Origin: Eledone cirrhosa
Lineage: Eukaryota
NCBI GenBank assembly: GCA_964016885.1
Contig: CAXHJY010001490.1
Coordinates: 7,647-71,646 of the forward strand
DNA length: 64,000 nucleotides
Direction: 5' to 3'
In this document: piece after piece, positions 1 through 12,720 of the stretch
Numbering within the stretch: position 1 is the stretch's first letter
Layout of the letters: each line of letters begins with the position of its first letter
The notes under the pieces: generated by a model
The model's database searches: none
Told to the model about the DNA's origin: nothing
What the model saw: only the letters and a program-made list of their open reading frames with translations
Translations under genes and position numbers: made by a program

Positions 1-196
1 ATCTTTTTGTTAAGTTGTTTTACAAATATCAACTAAAAAATGAAATAATTTTAGGAAATTCCTCCAAATTCTTTGTTAATTAATTAGAAATTTAGCAAAA
101 AAAAAAAGGTTAATGACTACACAGAACACTCGGAATATAAAAGGTCACAACTTTACTGTTGTAGCTGTTTTATAGTGAAATACAATTCTCACTTAC

Positions 197-320
197 TTCA
201 GCTCACGTTTTTCTGCTGCCACTCCAGGGGACTTGTTGCGCCGCTTCTTCAAATTGTTTTCATTTGCAATACATCTTGCCAATGGAATTTCAAAGACCAA
301 GCCGACAGGTCGCGGTTCCT
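197..320 (-). CDS. ARHGAP6: ARHGAP6-like RhoGAP, coding exon 4 (gene continues off the left edge)
   Basis: Acceptor ttttgttacag and donor gtaagt; phase 1 in, phase 2 out. Translates (E)EPRPVGLVFEIPLARCIANENNLKKRRNKSPGVAAEKRELK, resembling the ARHGAP6 'FGMPLSQVIAND' block. Confidence 0.88.
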
Positions 321-759
321 CTGTAACAAAAACAAAACAAATTAGGAGCAAATTAGAAACTTTTGTTGTTTTGGGGTTAGATCAATAAAGTAAGAACTAA
401 TGGTGATTGATCATTAAAACATTGCTAGAGGGGGCTTGTAGTATTTGTTCTGGATTTGTGGGTTCAAATCCAGCCTCCTGTCATTGGAATGGGGCCCCCT
501 TTCATCATAACTCACAAGAAACCTCCTATGGCATGCCATAGGAAGCCAGCTATAGGTGTCAGCTGTAACAACAACAACAACATGAGAGGACTCCTATGAG
601 ATACAACCTTGTAGGGGGCCAACTATAGGTGTCAGCTGTAACAACATAATAGGACTGGGACCCTCTATCATTAAATCTCCTGAGAGATCACATAACAAAG
701 GTAGAAATTTTCACACAGAGCAGTCACATCTCTATGTTCAGGTAGGAAACCAGTAATTG

Positions 760-980
760 ACATTGACTGGTCATCAAATCCGGCATCTAATTACTAACTT
801 CCATGCTGAGTGTCTTCTGTTATATCAACTTCCAGGAGGTCACCACAAGAGACAAAGACCGAAGACCACATTTCAAAGTATGGTCACAAAAGAACTGAAT
901 GTCACTACAATTCAGGAAAAAGCCAATGATAGAAATGTTTGGACAGCTTTTATTTAATCTTCCTCATGACATAATGACAT
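760..980 (+). mobile_element. RTE-type LINE 3' fragment
   Basis: LLYQLPGGHHKRQRPKTTFQ...ANDRNVWTAFI resembles the RTE C-terminal 'G.R.RGRP.TW...A.DR..W' motif. Confidence 0.5.
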
Positions 981-1102
981 TATTTTAATATGGTTTATGT
1001 ATGTACACATATTTGTGTTCTATTATTTCATTTCAAATAATAGATATTGATTGTGATTGATTGATTGTCTTTGAAAATGTTAATATTTCAAGAGAACTTT
1101 AC

Positions 1103-1183
1103 CTTTCTGTGATAGAAGACCTCCCAAGTTCACAGACTGAGACCGTTTTTTCAGCCGCTTCTGTCGCTTCGCATCCACACATG
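1103..1183 (-). CDS. ARHGAP6: ARHGAP6-like RhoGAP, coding exon 3
   Basis: 81 nt, acceptor tttacttgcag and donor gtaaag, phase 1-1, compatible with both neighbours. Translates ACVDAKRQKRLKKRSQSVNLGGLLSQK, a basic segment at the position of ARHGAP6 'QKRKKSLRKK'. Confidence 0.85.
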
Positions 1184-1468
1184 CTGCAAGTAAAGAAAGA
1201 AATATTATTCCAATTTTTGTGTCAAGTTGCAACATCAAGATCGGTTTCATGTTCATCATGGGATCATTTCTGTGGCAATGTTTGGATAGGTGGGGGCGCC
1301 CTTGGGGCCCTTGGGGCCATGTCTGGCACCAAAACTCTTAGTCACATCTTCCATATGCAGGGTGGTAGTTTACATATTTTAAACAATATATGTATTCACA
1401 TATATATATGAGTAAAATGAAATGATGATGATGATGATGATATACATACATATATATATATAGATACA

Positions 1469-2045
1469 TGATGGCGGCAGCTTGCTTTCGAGTAATGCCA
1501 TCACTTGATACTTAAGCATGAGCATCACAGATGTGGATTTTCAGTTCAACTAGGGACTTGCCTGTGGCCAGCAATATCATTCATCGCAATAAATGTCACA
1601 TATCAAGCAATGCCTGTGTTTGAAGATTTTTTAAGTGAGGAAAGGCTTTGCACGGGGCCAGTCCCACTTTCTGAACATTGAATGTATTTACCCCAAAAAG
1701 AAGAACTGGTCTACATCATTGGATGTAAATGAAGTCGTAGGTTTTATATCAGAGTGACCTTCTCCAAGAGAGATGTCTTAAGGAAGACTAGGAGTCTCTC
1801 ACTCCACAAAAAAGGTACTTTATTCGATGGCTGTTGACTTTCTTACATGTATATACATATTTACACATTTTTGGATGGCCGTTGACTCTTATGAGTTCTT
1901 CTGCCCTTTGTCAGGTTTTATTTTTTGTCCTGCAGGGTGTCCAAAATCACCAAGTAAACTTGGTGGGGTTGCTGGTTTAGTCACTGACGACCCGACCATG
2001 TGACAGGTTGTACTGGGTTAAATGTTACCTGTAGCACTCAAGAGT
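1469..2045 (-). mobile_element. Non-autonomous RTE-derived (bipartite) retroposon, copy 1
   Basis: Homologous to 47022-47632 and 38537-39001: shares the acgacccgaccatg, cctgcagg and gactcttatgag blocks and a gctgccgccatc 3' end followed by (TATG)n. Confidence 0.65.
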
Positions 2046-2298
2046 GCATACATACATAGATACATTCATACATAGATACATACATATATACAATCAAACA
2101 TTCAGATAGATAGACAAACATACATATATACATACATATATACATACATGCAGACAGACAGATAGACAAACATACAGACAGACAGACAGACAGGCAGGCA
2201 GAGATAGAAATAGAGTGATAGATAGACCAAGAGACAGATATATAGATAGACTGATGGACATACAGTGAGACAGATGTAAAATGAAGAAATAAGCAAAC

Positions 2299-2458
2299 CT
2301 TTTGGAATCTCTATGGTACAATCTGGCATAATTTTTTGTGCTTTGGTTAGTGCTACTTTTCTCAGAGCTTCTTGTTCAACTGCCTTGGTCAATGTGAGGA
2401 TACTAACAGGTTGTAGGATAACCTTACGGCCACTAACACTTCCCCACGTACAGCAACC
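2299..2458 (-). CDS. ARHGAP6: ARHGAP6-like RhoGAP, coding exon 2
   Basis: 160 nt, cattgtag acceptor and gtttgc donor. Translates GCCTWGSVSGRKVILQPVSILTLTKAVEQEALRKVALTKAQKIMPDCTIEIPK, matching ARHGAP6 'GDFTWNSMSGRSVRL...CQITIPK'. Confidence 0.9.
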
Positions 2459-2584
2459 CTACAATGTGGAACAACCACAAAATAGACGGCTACTTTTAAC
2501 AACAATGAAAACAAAACAAAAACAAAACATATGAAAGAATAAAGTTTGTTTATCCAGAAGATGTGAAGTGGTTTAATGAAAACA

Positions 2585-3170
2585 TTAAAATAATTCATTT
2601 GTATAAAAAAAAGTGCAGGGGGATCAAAATAGACGGTAGCTACGGAGTAGGCAAACCCAGAAAAACCTTGGACAACTTGATAAAATCCGAGCTCACACGC
2701 TTACACCTCTCCAAGACAATGTCACTGGACCGAGATCTTTGGCGCTACGTAGTAATACAGAAGACCCGCCTTGCCTAAGTACAAAGCGAAACCTACAGTC
2801 AGTAGGCACCTTAACCAAAATACACCCCCACCCCCCGCCCCACTAACCCTACCCCCACCGCCATCTACACCACCCCTTTCGTTGTAAAGATATGTTGGTA
2901 CCACAACATCCAGTCCTAAATAAATGGGGTCGTGTAGGTGTCACGACAAAAAAAACTCACAGTCCACGCTGTAATGTAACCGTGTAGGTAACACGGTAAA
3001 AACCTCCCAGTCCACACTGTAAACGTGGTTGGTGTTGGGAAGGGCATCCAGCCGCAGAAAACCCGCCAAACAGTCCTGAGCAAGACAACCAATGTTGCCT
3101 CAAGTGGGACAATTCCCATCCAGACCCATGCTAGCGTGGAAAATGGACGTTAAACGATGATGATGATGAT
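2585..3170 (+). mobile_element. RTE LINE 3' end with 3'UTR and (GAT)n tail
   Basis: CRGIKIDGSYGVGKPRKTLDNLIKSEL...DRDLWRYVV; ends acccatgctagcgtggaaaatggacgttaaac(gat)n. Confidence 0.85.
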
Positions 3171-3354
3171 TGTAGATATTGGGAGTTTCAGTGAACCAGG
3201 GAAAATATGTATACTGTATGGAGGAGCAGAAATATTGGATGGTTCTCTTTCAACTAGGGAGCTCCCACATGTGGATGAGGAGAAATGTGGGGTGTCTGAC
3301 ATGGCCTAAAGTGTGTTTTACCCACATGTGGATAAGCACACTGACTTGATTTAA

Positions 3355-3597
3355 TTAGTGGGTTCCCTCCGGTGGGTAGGTGGGTAACCCCCCTGTGGGT
3401 AGGTGGGTTCCCCCCTCTGGGTAGGTGGGTAACCCTCTGTGGGTAGGTGGGTAACCCTCTGTGGGCAGGCAGATTCTCCCCGGTGTGTAGGTGGGTTCGC
3501 CCCGGTGGGTAGGTGGGTTCCTCCCTGTGGGTAGGTGGGTTCCCTCCGGTGGGTAGGTGTGTTATCCCCTGTGAGTAGGTGGGTAGGTGAGTAACCT
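3355..3597. repeat. G-rich ~20-bp minisatellite (gtgggtaggtgggttccc...)
   Basis: About 11 degenerate tandem copies. Confidence 0.85.
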
Positions 3598-3962
3598 GAA
3601 ATGTTTTTCTTATAATAAATTGCATCAACACCAACACCACAAAACACCACACCACATTACACCACACTACACCAACACTACACCACACCACCTTACACTA
3701 CACCACACCAAGACCATACCAACAACACACCACACTACACTACACCACACCACACCAACACCACAACACACCACACTACACCAACAACATACCAAACCAC
3801 ACCACACCACACCTCAGCAACACCACAACATTGTGATGATGATGGTGGTGATGATGATGTTGATGGCGGTGATGGTGGTGATGGTGGTGTATAATGAACT
3901 TCTTTACAGTTTCCATCTACCAAATTCACTCATAAGGCATTGGGCAGACAGATATATATATT

Positions 3963-4600
<638 letters not shown>

Positions 4601-5226
4601 GGAGGTGAGCAACATCCTATGTCTTTCATTTAGTGAAGTAGTTTATTGGGAAGTAAAACAGCCAAACTATGGCATTTCTCCAGAAGGGGAAGAAATTCTG
4701 ATGGAACCATCATAACCAATTCTTCAATTTCTCATTCTTCTTTCCTCTACTTTACAAAATCTCCTTCAACTTCCTCCACCCCAGTTCTACCCTCTCCTTT
4801 ACCAATGATAATTCTACCATCCTTCACCCCCCCCCCCCCTTTATTTCCTTCACCCCTCCCACATTCCTCACTCCTTCATCAACATCACAATTTCCTTCAA
4901 CAATAATTTACATGTTATGTCTGTTGTCTAATGTGTTTCTGTTGAAAGACACCCACAAATCTTGTCCATTCTTTTCTTATCATTTCCCATGCATCTTACC
5001 AACAGAGCTGCTCCAATCTGTTTCACAAACTGACATTACAAGTGCAATAACAGCATAATGCACAAAATTGCATACAAGCAAGGTGGCTGGTGAGGCAGTG
5101 ATGCAGTTGTTTGTTTATTTTATGTAACTGTTTTTCTGTGTGCATTTTCTGCTGATACTACATGTATATCTCACTCATATATATATACATACACACACAT
5201 GCATACATATACACTTACACACATGC

Positions 5227-5271
<45 letters not shown>

Positions 5272-5281
5272 TATACACACA

Positions 5282-6152
5282 TATCATCATCACCTTCCTA
5301 ACACCAACCACATTTACAGTGTGGACCGGGAGCCTTTTTACAGTGGCACCTACACGACCACTTTACAGTGTGGACTGGGTGCATTTTGACATGTCACCTA
5401 CACGACCACTTTACAGTGGATGGAAATGAGAGGATGGAGTAGGGTGTGGGGGGATGGGGTGTATATTGGATTAAGAGGTGCCTACTAACTGTAGGTTTAA
5501 GTTTGTATGTAAGGGAAGGCAGGTCTTCAGTTCAACTACATAGTGCCAAAGATCTCAATCCAGTGTTAGAGAGGTGTAAGTGAGCATGGTCAGTTTTTAT
5601 CACCTCGTCCCAGGTTTTTCTTTATTTACCCACTCCATAGTTTCCATCAATTTTCATTGCTCTGCACTTTTTTATACAGCTGTTGTCCTTCATACGCATC
5701 ATATGGTCATACCAGCGCAATCTCCTCTCCAGAACACAACATTTGATACCTCTTATGCTTAGTCTCTCTCAATTTGTTTATACTTTGCCATTCACGTACA
5801 TTACTATTACACATCCATTGGAGCATGCAAGCTTCATTTCTTTCTAATCTATGCAAGTCTTCAGCACACAACGCCCAGGTCTCACTACCATGTAATATTT
5901 CCGTTCGTATACAAGCATTGTACAATACGCCTTTCATTTTTAGAGAAAAAACCCTTGTGGCTAACAGCAGTATTAGCTCTCTGCACTTTTCATTCCATTC
6001 TAACTCTGGCTACTGTACTTCAGAACACCTTCCTCTACTGCTGATTTTGTCACCCCAGGTAACGGAAAGTGTCTACAATTTCTATAGAACCATCTGGGCA
6101 GTTGAAGAGATAGCATCCTGTGGGCCCTTGCTATTTACTGCACCTGAGCATC
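5282..6152 (-). mobile_element. RTE LINE 3' fragment
   Basis: MKGVLYNACIRTEILHGSETWALCAEDLHRLERNEACMLQWMCN, plus 3'UTR and (cat)n tail. Confidence 0.9.
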
Positions 6153-6174
6153 GGCCAGATATAATGCCTACACG

Positions 6175-6406
6175 TCCACTTTTACAGTGTGGGCTGGTGT
6201 TTTTTTTGCCATGGCACCTCCATGACCACTTTTCAGTGGAATGATAGGGACCCCAGTCCTATCATCTCATTTCTACAGCTGAGTAAACTGGAGCAATGTG
6301 AAATAAAGTGTCTTGCTCAAGGAAACAACAACATATCACCCGGTCCGAGAATTGAACTCACAACCTTTAAATTGCAAGCCCAATGCTCTAACCATTAAGC
6401 CATTCG

Positions 6407-6413
<7 letters not shown>
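6175..6413 (-). mobile_element. tRNA-derived SINE (Nin/Deu-like body)
   Basis: A box tggcttaatgg, B box gagttcaattc, body tccttgagcaagacactttatttcacattgctccag. Multiple copies in this window. Confidence 0.85.
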
Positions 6414-6487
<74 letters not shown>

Positions 6488-6498
6488 CCTGAACCTAC

Positions 6499-6592
6499 CT
6501 CTGGCTTCCATATTGCTGATATAGAACTTGAGTTTACTTTGCCTCTGTTTTTCACCGTCTTGGTAAGATTTTATTCGAAGCTTTTTGCATAG
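6499..6592 (-). CDS. ARHGAP6: ARHGAP6-like start-codon exon (ATG at 6590-6588) with apparent 1-nt frameshift
   Basis: Acceptor ttattctttcctcag and donor gtaggt. The 5' part reads MQKASNKILPRR then TGA. The 3' part, in the -1 frame, reads KNRGKVNSSSISAIWKPE and splices in phase 0 to exon 2299-2458. One extra G at ~6553 restores RRWKNRG. Confidence 0.8.
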
Positions 6593-7204
6593 CTGAGGAA
6601 AGAATAAAAGACAAATAATGTACTGATACTGTTTTTCTATTTAGCGGTGTATCTGTGTCTATGTCTGTGTGTGTGTCTGTTTGTGTCTGTGTGTGAATAT
6701 GGGTCTGTGTGTATGTGCATGTGTGATTCTATCTTGGCAAATGTAGTATGTGATGATGACTGAAGATGAAATATGGTGAGCAGTTATGAGCAGAGATCAA
6801 ATATAAAAGATAATGATGGATCAAATGTGGTACATATTGATGAATAGGGATCACATATAGTATCTATTGGTGAACAGAGATCAAGTATGGTATATACTGG
6901 TAAACAGGGATCAAATTTGTATATATTGGTGTACAGAGATAAAATTTGGTATGTACTGGTAAACAGGGATCAAATATGGTATGGACTGGTAAACAGAGAT
7001 CAAATATGGTATGTAATATTGAGTTCAAATATTTTAAGCATTGGGTGAGCAGTGATCAAATATGGCAGATATTGGTTCATCAGAGATTGAATACGTTACA
7101 TATTGCTTGAGTAGAGATTGAATATGGAAGGCAACTGATGACAGTTTGAATGTTATTTTTGGTGGGTCTACAAAATCATTAGAGTGTCAAACAAAATGTC
7201 TTGC

Positions 7205-7375
7205 AGTATTAGTTCTGGCTCTTTGCCTTCTGAGTTCAAATCCTAGCATGGTCAAAATGGCCTTCTATCCTTCCGGGTGTTAATAAAATAAAGTAACAGT
7301 CATGTACTGGGGTCAATATAATTGACTTTTCCATATCATCAAACTTTTGGTCTTCTGACAAAATTAGAAACCATT
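7205..7375 (+). mobile_element. Meta-domain-type SINE
   Basis: gagttcaaatcc B box followed by gccttctatccttccgggtgttaataaaataaagtaacagt, the Meta-type core repeated at 10440, 11226, 18822, 21150 and 37015. Confidence 0.65.
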
Positions 7376-8809
7376 AATTTTATGTTTGTTTTTTTTGTTT
7401 CTTCTTTTAACAAACCACCTCAAACCATCCACATTTCTCTTATACAAAACTGTTTACTTTAAAGTGTTTAAGTTTATCTAAAAACATTCTATCTTAAGGT
7501 TATATAAAAACCTTTGTTAAGTTATGTTCCAAACACCAGCTTAATAATAAGAAAGTTTTTGACTAAATCCTTCCAAATTCATGATCATTTTCAAAATTAT
7601 TTGAAATTTCAAGGGAATATCCTTCATTAGAAATATGGTGTTTATTTATTTAATTGATTTAAACATCTGTATAGAGGTAGTAAGCCATGGAAAACTAGGG
7701 GAGGTATATCTAATACTCCTTACAGTTAAGAAACAAAAACAAGAAAAAGACAGAAATGGGTGGGGGGGGGCATGAGGCACAAGAAGCATAAATAAGAAAA
7801 CAAAGGTGAAAAAACTATAAAGAAGTTGTTGAGTGTGCAGCCTGGATGTACTGAAAGATGTTTGGTAGATCTTAGACAATATATCCCTAATGTTGATAGT
7901 TTTATAAGGACCAGCTTCAAGATGGCTTCTCTCTTAGACTGATAGTTTCTACATTGGTCATGAAAGGGTTAAAATATTAGCACTGCAGTTTCCCTGTTAG
8001 AATACATCCAAACTCTATACTGCATTAACACACTACATATACTTCCTACACCAATGCATGGCCACCACCACACCACCACCACCACCACCACCACCACCAC
8101 CACCACCATCACCACCACCATCATCATTACCACCATCACCACCATCATCATCACCATCACCACTGCCACCACAACAACAACAATACAACAACAACAGCAG
8201 CAACAACTACAACAACAACAACAAAAACAACAACAACGATGACAGCAAGGGGGGATAACTGGGTTGGGTGGGGAGCAGGGCGGAAAATTGGGTTGGTGTG
8301 TGTAGGGGACAGTGGGGAGGTGGGTGGGTGTGAACCAAACATTTTCCCAATTAAAATATCCAAATATAAACATGTTCCTCTTCCTTCTTCTTGTTGTTGC
8401 TGTTATAGCTATTACAACAATAACAACAGCAATAACAACAGCTACAACAACAACAATAACAACAACAGCAGCAACAAAAACAGCTACAAAAATAAAATCA
8501 ACAACAACAACAGCAACAGCAATTATCTAAAATGTCTTTAAAAGACCACAGTAAAGAACAGTTCCTATAGTCACAACAGTTTTGGTGTTACATGTAAAGA
8601 AGTGTTGGAAGACAAGCATTGGTTTTTCTGTTTTTTATGAAGCCTTTCATTGCCATATAATGAAAGGTGTGGCCTAGAATTTTCATAGAATTTTGAAAAT
8701 AATCAAGAATTTGAAGAAAATTTAGTAATATAACAAACCTTTTCATAATTAAGCTGGTATTTGAAATATAATTTAACAGGTTTTTACATAAAATTATGAT
8801 GGTAGGTCA

Positions 8810-8985
8810 ACTCTTTTCCTTCGCCTACTTATTCCTGAGAGGGTTGTGGGGGCAGAGCCCTAGCAACCGTCTCCAACTGATCTGAATCCCCAAGTATGAC
8901 CAGCTGAGCTCATGGATGTTATTCAACCATCTAGCTCAGGATCTAACCATGGGTCTCCTGTCAGCTGGTTTTGCCCATAAAATCT
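8810..8985 (-). mobile_element. RTE-type LINE 3' remnant
   Basis: Minus strand reads ILWAKPADRRPMVRS*ARWLNNIHELSW, a decayed 'R..GRP..RW.D' motif. Confidence 0.45.
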
Positions 8986-9136
8986 ATCCATGGTATGTTT
9001 TTTAGATAAATATAAACACTTTAGCCCTTTTGTGACCATATTTCTAAATAAAAATACTGCCCATAATTTTCATATGACTTTGAAAATAATAAAAAATTTG
9101 GAGGGATTTAATAAAATATCTCTGCCATTATTAAGA

Positions 9137-9480
9137 TCGACCTGCCACCTTCTTTTGGCCAGAAAGGGCAGGCAGTTTTCCTCTGTCTGGTGGCAGAAGA
9201 GGTTGTATGGTGGACCAGGTGGAAAGGACTGAAGACAGACACTTTTCTCTTCAGCCAATCCCTCATCAACTTTTTCAAGTTTCACCTGGAGAGGAAGGTG
9301 AGTGTGGAGAGAGAAGTGCTGCCCCCTAGTACATTTGCTGAAAGGTGGGTGAATGTGGCGAGAATGGCCCGTGTGAGTGGGCCTACTCTGATCATGTGCC
9401 TGTAAGCTGGTAAATTTGAGGAGGAGAGGGGAGCCCTTCCCGAGTACCTTCGAAGCGTCGGGTGGTTCAGGATTGGTGTA
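9137..9480 (+). mobile_element. Tx1/L1-clade LINE ORF2 C-terminal fragment and 3'UTR
   Basis: VVWWTRWKGLKTDTFLFSQSLINFFKFHLERKVSVERE...FAERW resembles the 'IW..R.......F...W' tail of Tx1-like ORF2. Confidence 0.55.
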
Positions 9481-9490
9481 CCCCCCCCCC

Positions 9491-9521
<31 letters not shown>

Positions 9522-9728
9522 ACCCACACACACACACCCACACCCACACACTGTCCCCTATATGTTAGCCCTAATGTACCCCCCCAACTGTCCCCTATAT
9601 ATCAGCCCTAGTGTACCCCCCCCCCCATCTACCACCTGCATCATCACCACCAACACCACCACCACCACCTCCACTGTCACCACCACCATCATCAATACAA
9701 CACAAAACATAATGAATGTAGAACTTAC

Positions 9729-9785
9729 CTTTTAGAGCACACCGCACTCAACTAGAACGAAGGCGAGGCAAGTCTTTCCAAAAGC
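9729..9785 (-). other. ARHGAP6: Probable 5'UTR exon of the ARHGAP6-like gene
   Basis: Strong sites: tttatgttttacag acceptor and AAG|gtaagt donor. Unique non-repetitive sequence with stops in all three frames, including an in-frame TGA upstream of the ATG at 6590. Confidence 0.6.
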
Positions 9786-9879
9786 CTGTAAAACATAAAT
9801 TATATTTTATATAACTCTCCGTTGGCTACTCAAGAGGTGTTGTAGGCGGGGAAGAGATAAAGTGAGCAGGTTTTCATGG

Positions 9880-10259
9880 ATGTGCAATGTTAATGTGCAT
9901 AAATAGTGAAGTATGGATGAACTGAGAGAAAAAACTAGGAGTAAGAGGCATCGGATGTTGTGTGCAAGAAAGAAGACTGCACTGGTATGGATATGTGATG
10001 TGAATGGATGATGATTGCTAGGTGAAGAAGTGCCAGGAAATGACAGTGGAAGGAAGCCATGGTAGAGATAGACAAAGGAGAACTGGGCTGGAAGTGGTGA
10101 GAGCTGATCTGAAATATCTGAAGTTCATGATGGAGATGATAAAGGAATGAGACAACTGGAGGAATGGTGCGCTGGAAAATACCCATCCAACCCATGCAGG
10201 CACGTATACAATGATGATGATGGTGGTGGTGGTGATGATGGTTATGAAGATGATGATGG

Positions 10260-10302
<43 letters not shown>
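9880..10302 (+). mobile_element. RTE LINE 3' fragment with (GAT)n tail
   Basis: ELREKLGVRGIGCCVQERRLHWYGYVM..., ending aacccatgc and (gat)n. Confidence 0.8.
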
Positions 10303-10303
<1 letters not shown>

Positions 10304-10696
10304 CTACCCAAGAACTCCTAAAGGAATTGTAGCAATGCTGTCGTAACATTTTGGCCTTTATTTAAAATTGGAGCCGTTCCCAGGCTTGACCAGAGCCAAT
10401 TACTTCCAGAGAAAGAGAGAAAGAAGAAGAATAACCTGCAGTACTGGACTGTTACTTCAATTATCAATACTGAAAGGATGAAAGACAAAATAGTCCCTGC
10501 TAGGATTCGAACTCAGAGGAATGGAATGGAGATGACAAAGCATTCAATGCTCTAACAATCCCTAAAAATGAACCACCTAGCTGAGGAACTGAACACCTGA
10601 CCTCAGGAAACATCTGAACCACTAGGCCACTAGCCTTCCACTAACCATCTATTAACCATCATCCTACACAAAAATGATAAATAAATATATATATAT

Positions 10697-10946
10697 ATTG
10701 TTATACTTTGGGAGGGTTATGCTGCCAATAAAAACACACATGCCTGTTGGTTTTCACTTTAATTTATTATAAATTTCCTGTTAGTTGGTTCAATGACCAG
10801 ATGGTTGTTTATATATTGTCAAAGCTCTTTCGTCACACATTTTGTGACCCCCTCAGTGACTAATTTCTTGTTTTGTGTCTCTCCTTTGTTCTGTCCTACA
10901 CCATCTTGTTTTTGTAGAAAACAAGATGGTGTAGGACAGAACAAAG
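10697..10946 (-). mobile_element. Penelope-like terminal-repeat remnant with degenerate hammerhead and 5' foldback
   Basis: Homologous to 43182-43554. Minus strand reads GUCA CUGAGGG GGUCACA-UGUGAC GAAA GAGC UU UGAC (10860-10818). A 29-bp perfect inverted repeat lies at 10884-10946. Confidence 0.65.
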
Positions 10947-10974
10947 TAAAAAAACACATCAAGGAGCACGCACG

Positions 10975-12450
10975 TCTTGAAAACATTAGAAGTTACAATT
11001 CTGCTTTCCAAATGACCTCCTTTGATAGCAATATTATAAGAGAAGGTCAAGTATACCATTGTATTGGATCTTTGTTGCCAGCTAAAGGCAAAAATCCACA
11101 GTTTTTACAGCTATATTTTGTGGCAAATTACAAGGAGCAGGCTTTGCAAGGGTCCTTGAACCTTCCAAAATCTTAAAAAGAGTTAATCTTTGATCTGCAA
11201 GATATGTTAAATGCAAATAATTGTTTTTACTTTTGGCACAAGGCCAGCAATTACCCAGTGCATTACTGGTACTTTATTTTAATGACCCCGTAAGGATGAA
11301 AGGCAAACTTAACCTCAGCGGGATTTGAACTCAGAATGGCAGGGGCCGTAACTCTATGCATCAAAGCATGGCATCCGACCCTCTACCGATACTGCCAACA
11401 TCAGAAAATTCTAATATGCATTAGAATCTGCGCCACTCACTGAGTGCAAGGTAGTTATTGATGCAGACAAAACAGCCTGTTGCTGAACACAGAAGCCGCT
11501 ACAATGTCTCTTCTGCAAATGAAGTAGCAGCAGTTATTACTGGCAATGAGTATGGGAGGAGGGATATTGTTATTCAAAGAGTTGCAGTGGATAAAAGCAA
11601 CCCACCGATCATATGATGTACTCCAGTATCCATTAATCTGTGTATTTGGCCAAGATAGATATCACTTTGATATCATATAAACAGATCTTAAAAGAACAGT
11701 TCCTGCACTGATAAAAACAGTAAGCTGAATGGAATTCTATGCTTACCTTTTCATATTAAGAGAGCAAGATTTCAATATTCTTCTTCATTCACGTGAGCTC
11801 TTCCAGCAATTAGCAGTTGATATCTATGCAAAAATTGAAGGAGAAAGGCTTCTTTACATTAGAACACACCAGAAAGATCTTTGTGCATCAGATTACATTC
11901 ACCTGAGAGATGCAATCAGTAATGAAGAAGGATTGGCTGCTGATAACATTGGATAGCTTTGTGTCATTCTTCCATCAAGCTTTACAGGAAGTCCACAGTA
12001 TATGCATGAGCGTACCCAAGATGCACTTACACATGTTAGACACTATGGTCGTCTAGACCACTTCATTACATTCACATGTAACCCATCATGACATGAAATA
12101 AAGAGTGAACTTTATCATCATCAAGAACTCAAAGATTGCCATGATATTATTGCTAGGGTGTTCAGACTTAAAGTCATAAAACTGATAGATCTCCTAAAAT
12201 AAGGTAAAGTCTTTGGACCACTCAAATGTGACATGTACATAATTGAATGGCAAATATGAGGATTGCCACATGCCCACATTTAGATTTGGTCACATGAAAA
12301 ACTTTGGCCAAATGATATTGATTTATTTATCTCATCTGAACTTGATCCACAAGATCCTTTGCTGCATGAAATTGTCAGGTGCCACATGTTTCATGGGCCC
12401 TATGGTTCAATTAACCCATCCTCCCCAAGCATGAGAGATAATAAGTGTAC
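10975..12450 (+). mobile_element. Decayed Helitron Rep (HUH endonuclease) region
   Basis: IRSYNSAFQMTSF, GQVYHCIGSLLP, FLQLYF, LFQQLAVDIYAKIEGERLLYIR, ILPSSFTGSPQYM, FITFTCNP, IEWQ.*GLPHAH; multiple stops and frameshifts. Confidence 0.92.
11226..11400 (-). mobile_element. Meta-type SINE nested in the Helitron
   Basis: Highly similar to 18822-18998; interrupts the Helitron coding frame. Confidence 0.8.
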
Positions 12451-12720
12451 CACTTGATATTTTTCCTCTCTTTACGTTGCTTCACTTTCGTGTCTGTTTA
12501 CGTTTCTTTTTCTCTCTCTCCTCCTTTCTATCCTAATAACTTATTTTAGTTATTGATCTCACTAGGTTGAGATATATTGTCTCTAACACGAAGAAATATC
12601 TATGATTCCTAGCAGACAACTGATGATGGATATTACCCTCTTTCGCCCGTAACTTTTTATTTTCATTATACTTAATTGCAACCACACAGTCCGCCATTTT
12701 ATTTGTGTGTATATATATAT

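Noticed and set aside
6552-6554. Selenocysteine, readthrough or A-to-I rescue of the TGA in the start exon
   Set aside because: Recoding the stop alone leads to TAA five codons later; a frame change is required.
7780-7960. Possible Penelope GIY-YIG C-terminal remnant (minus strand, REAIL...TINIRD)
   Set aside because: Too degenerate to call without alignment.
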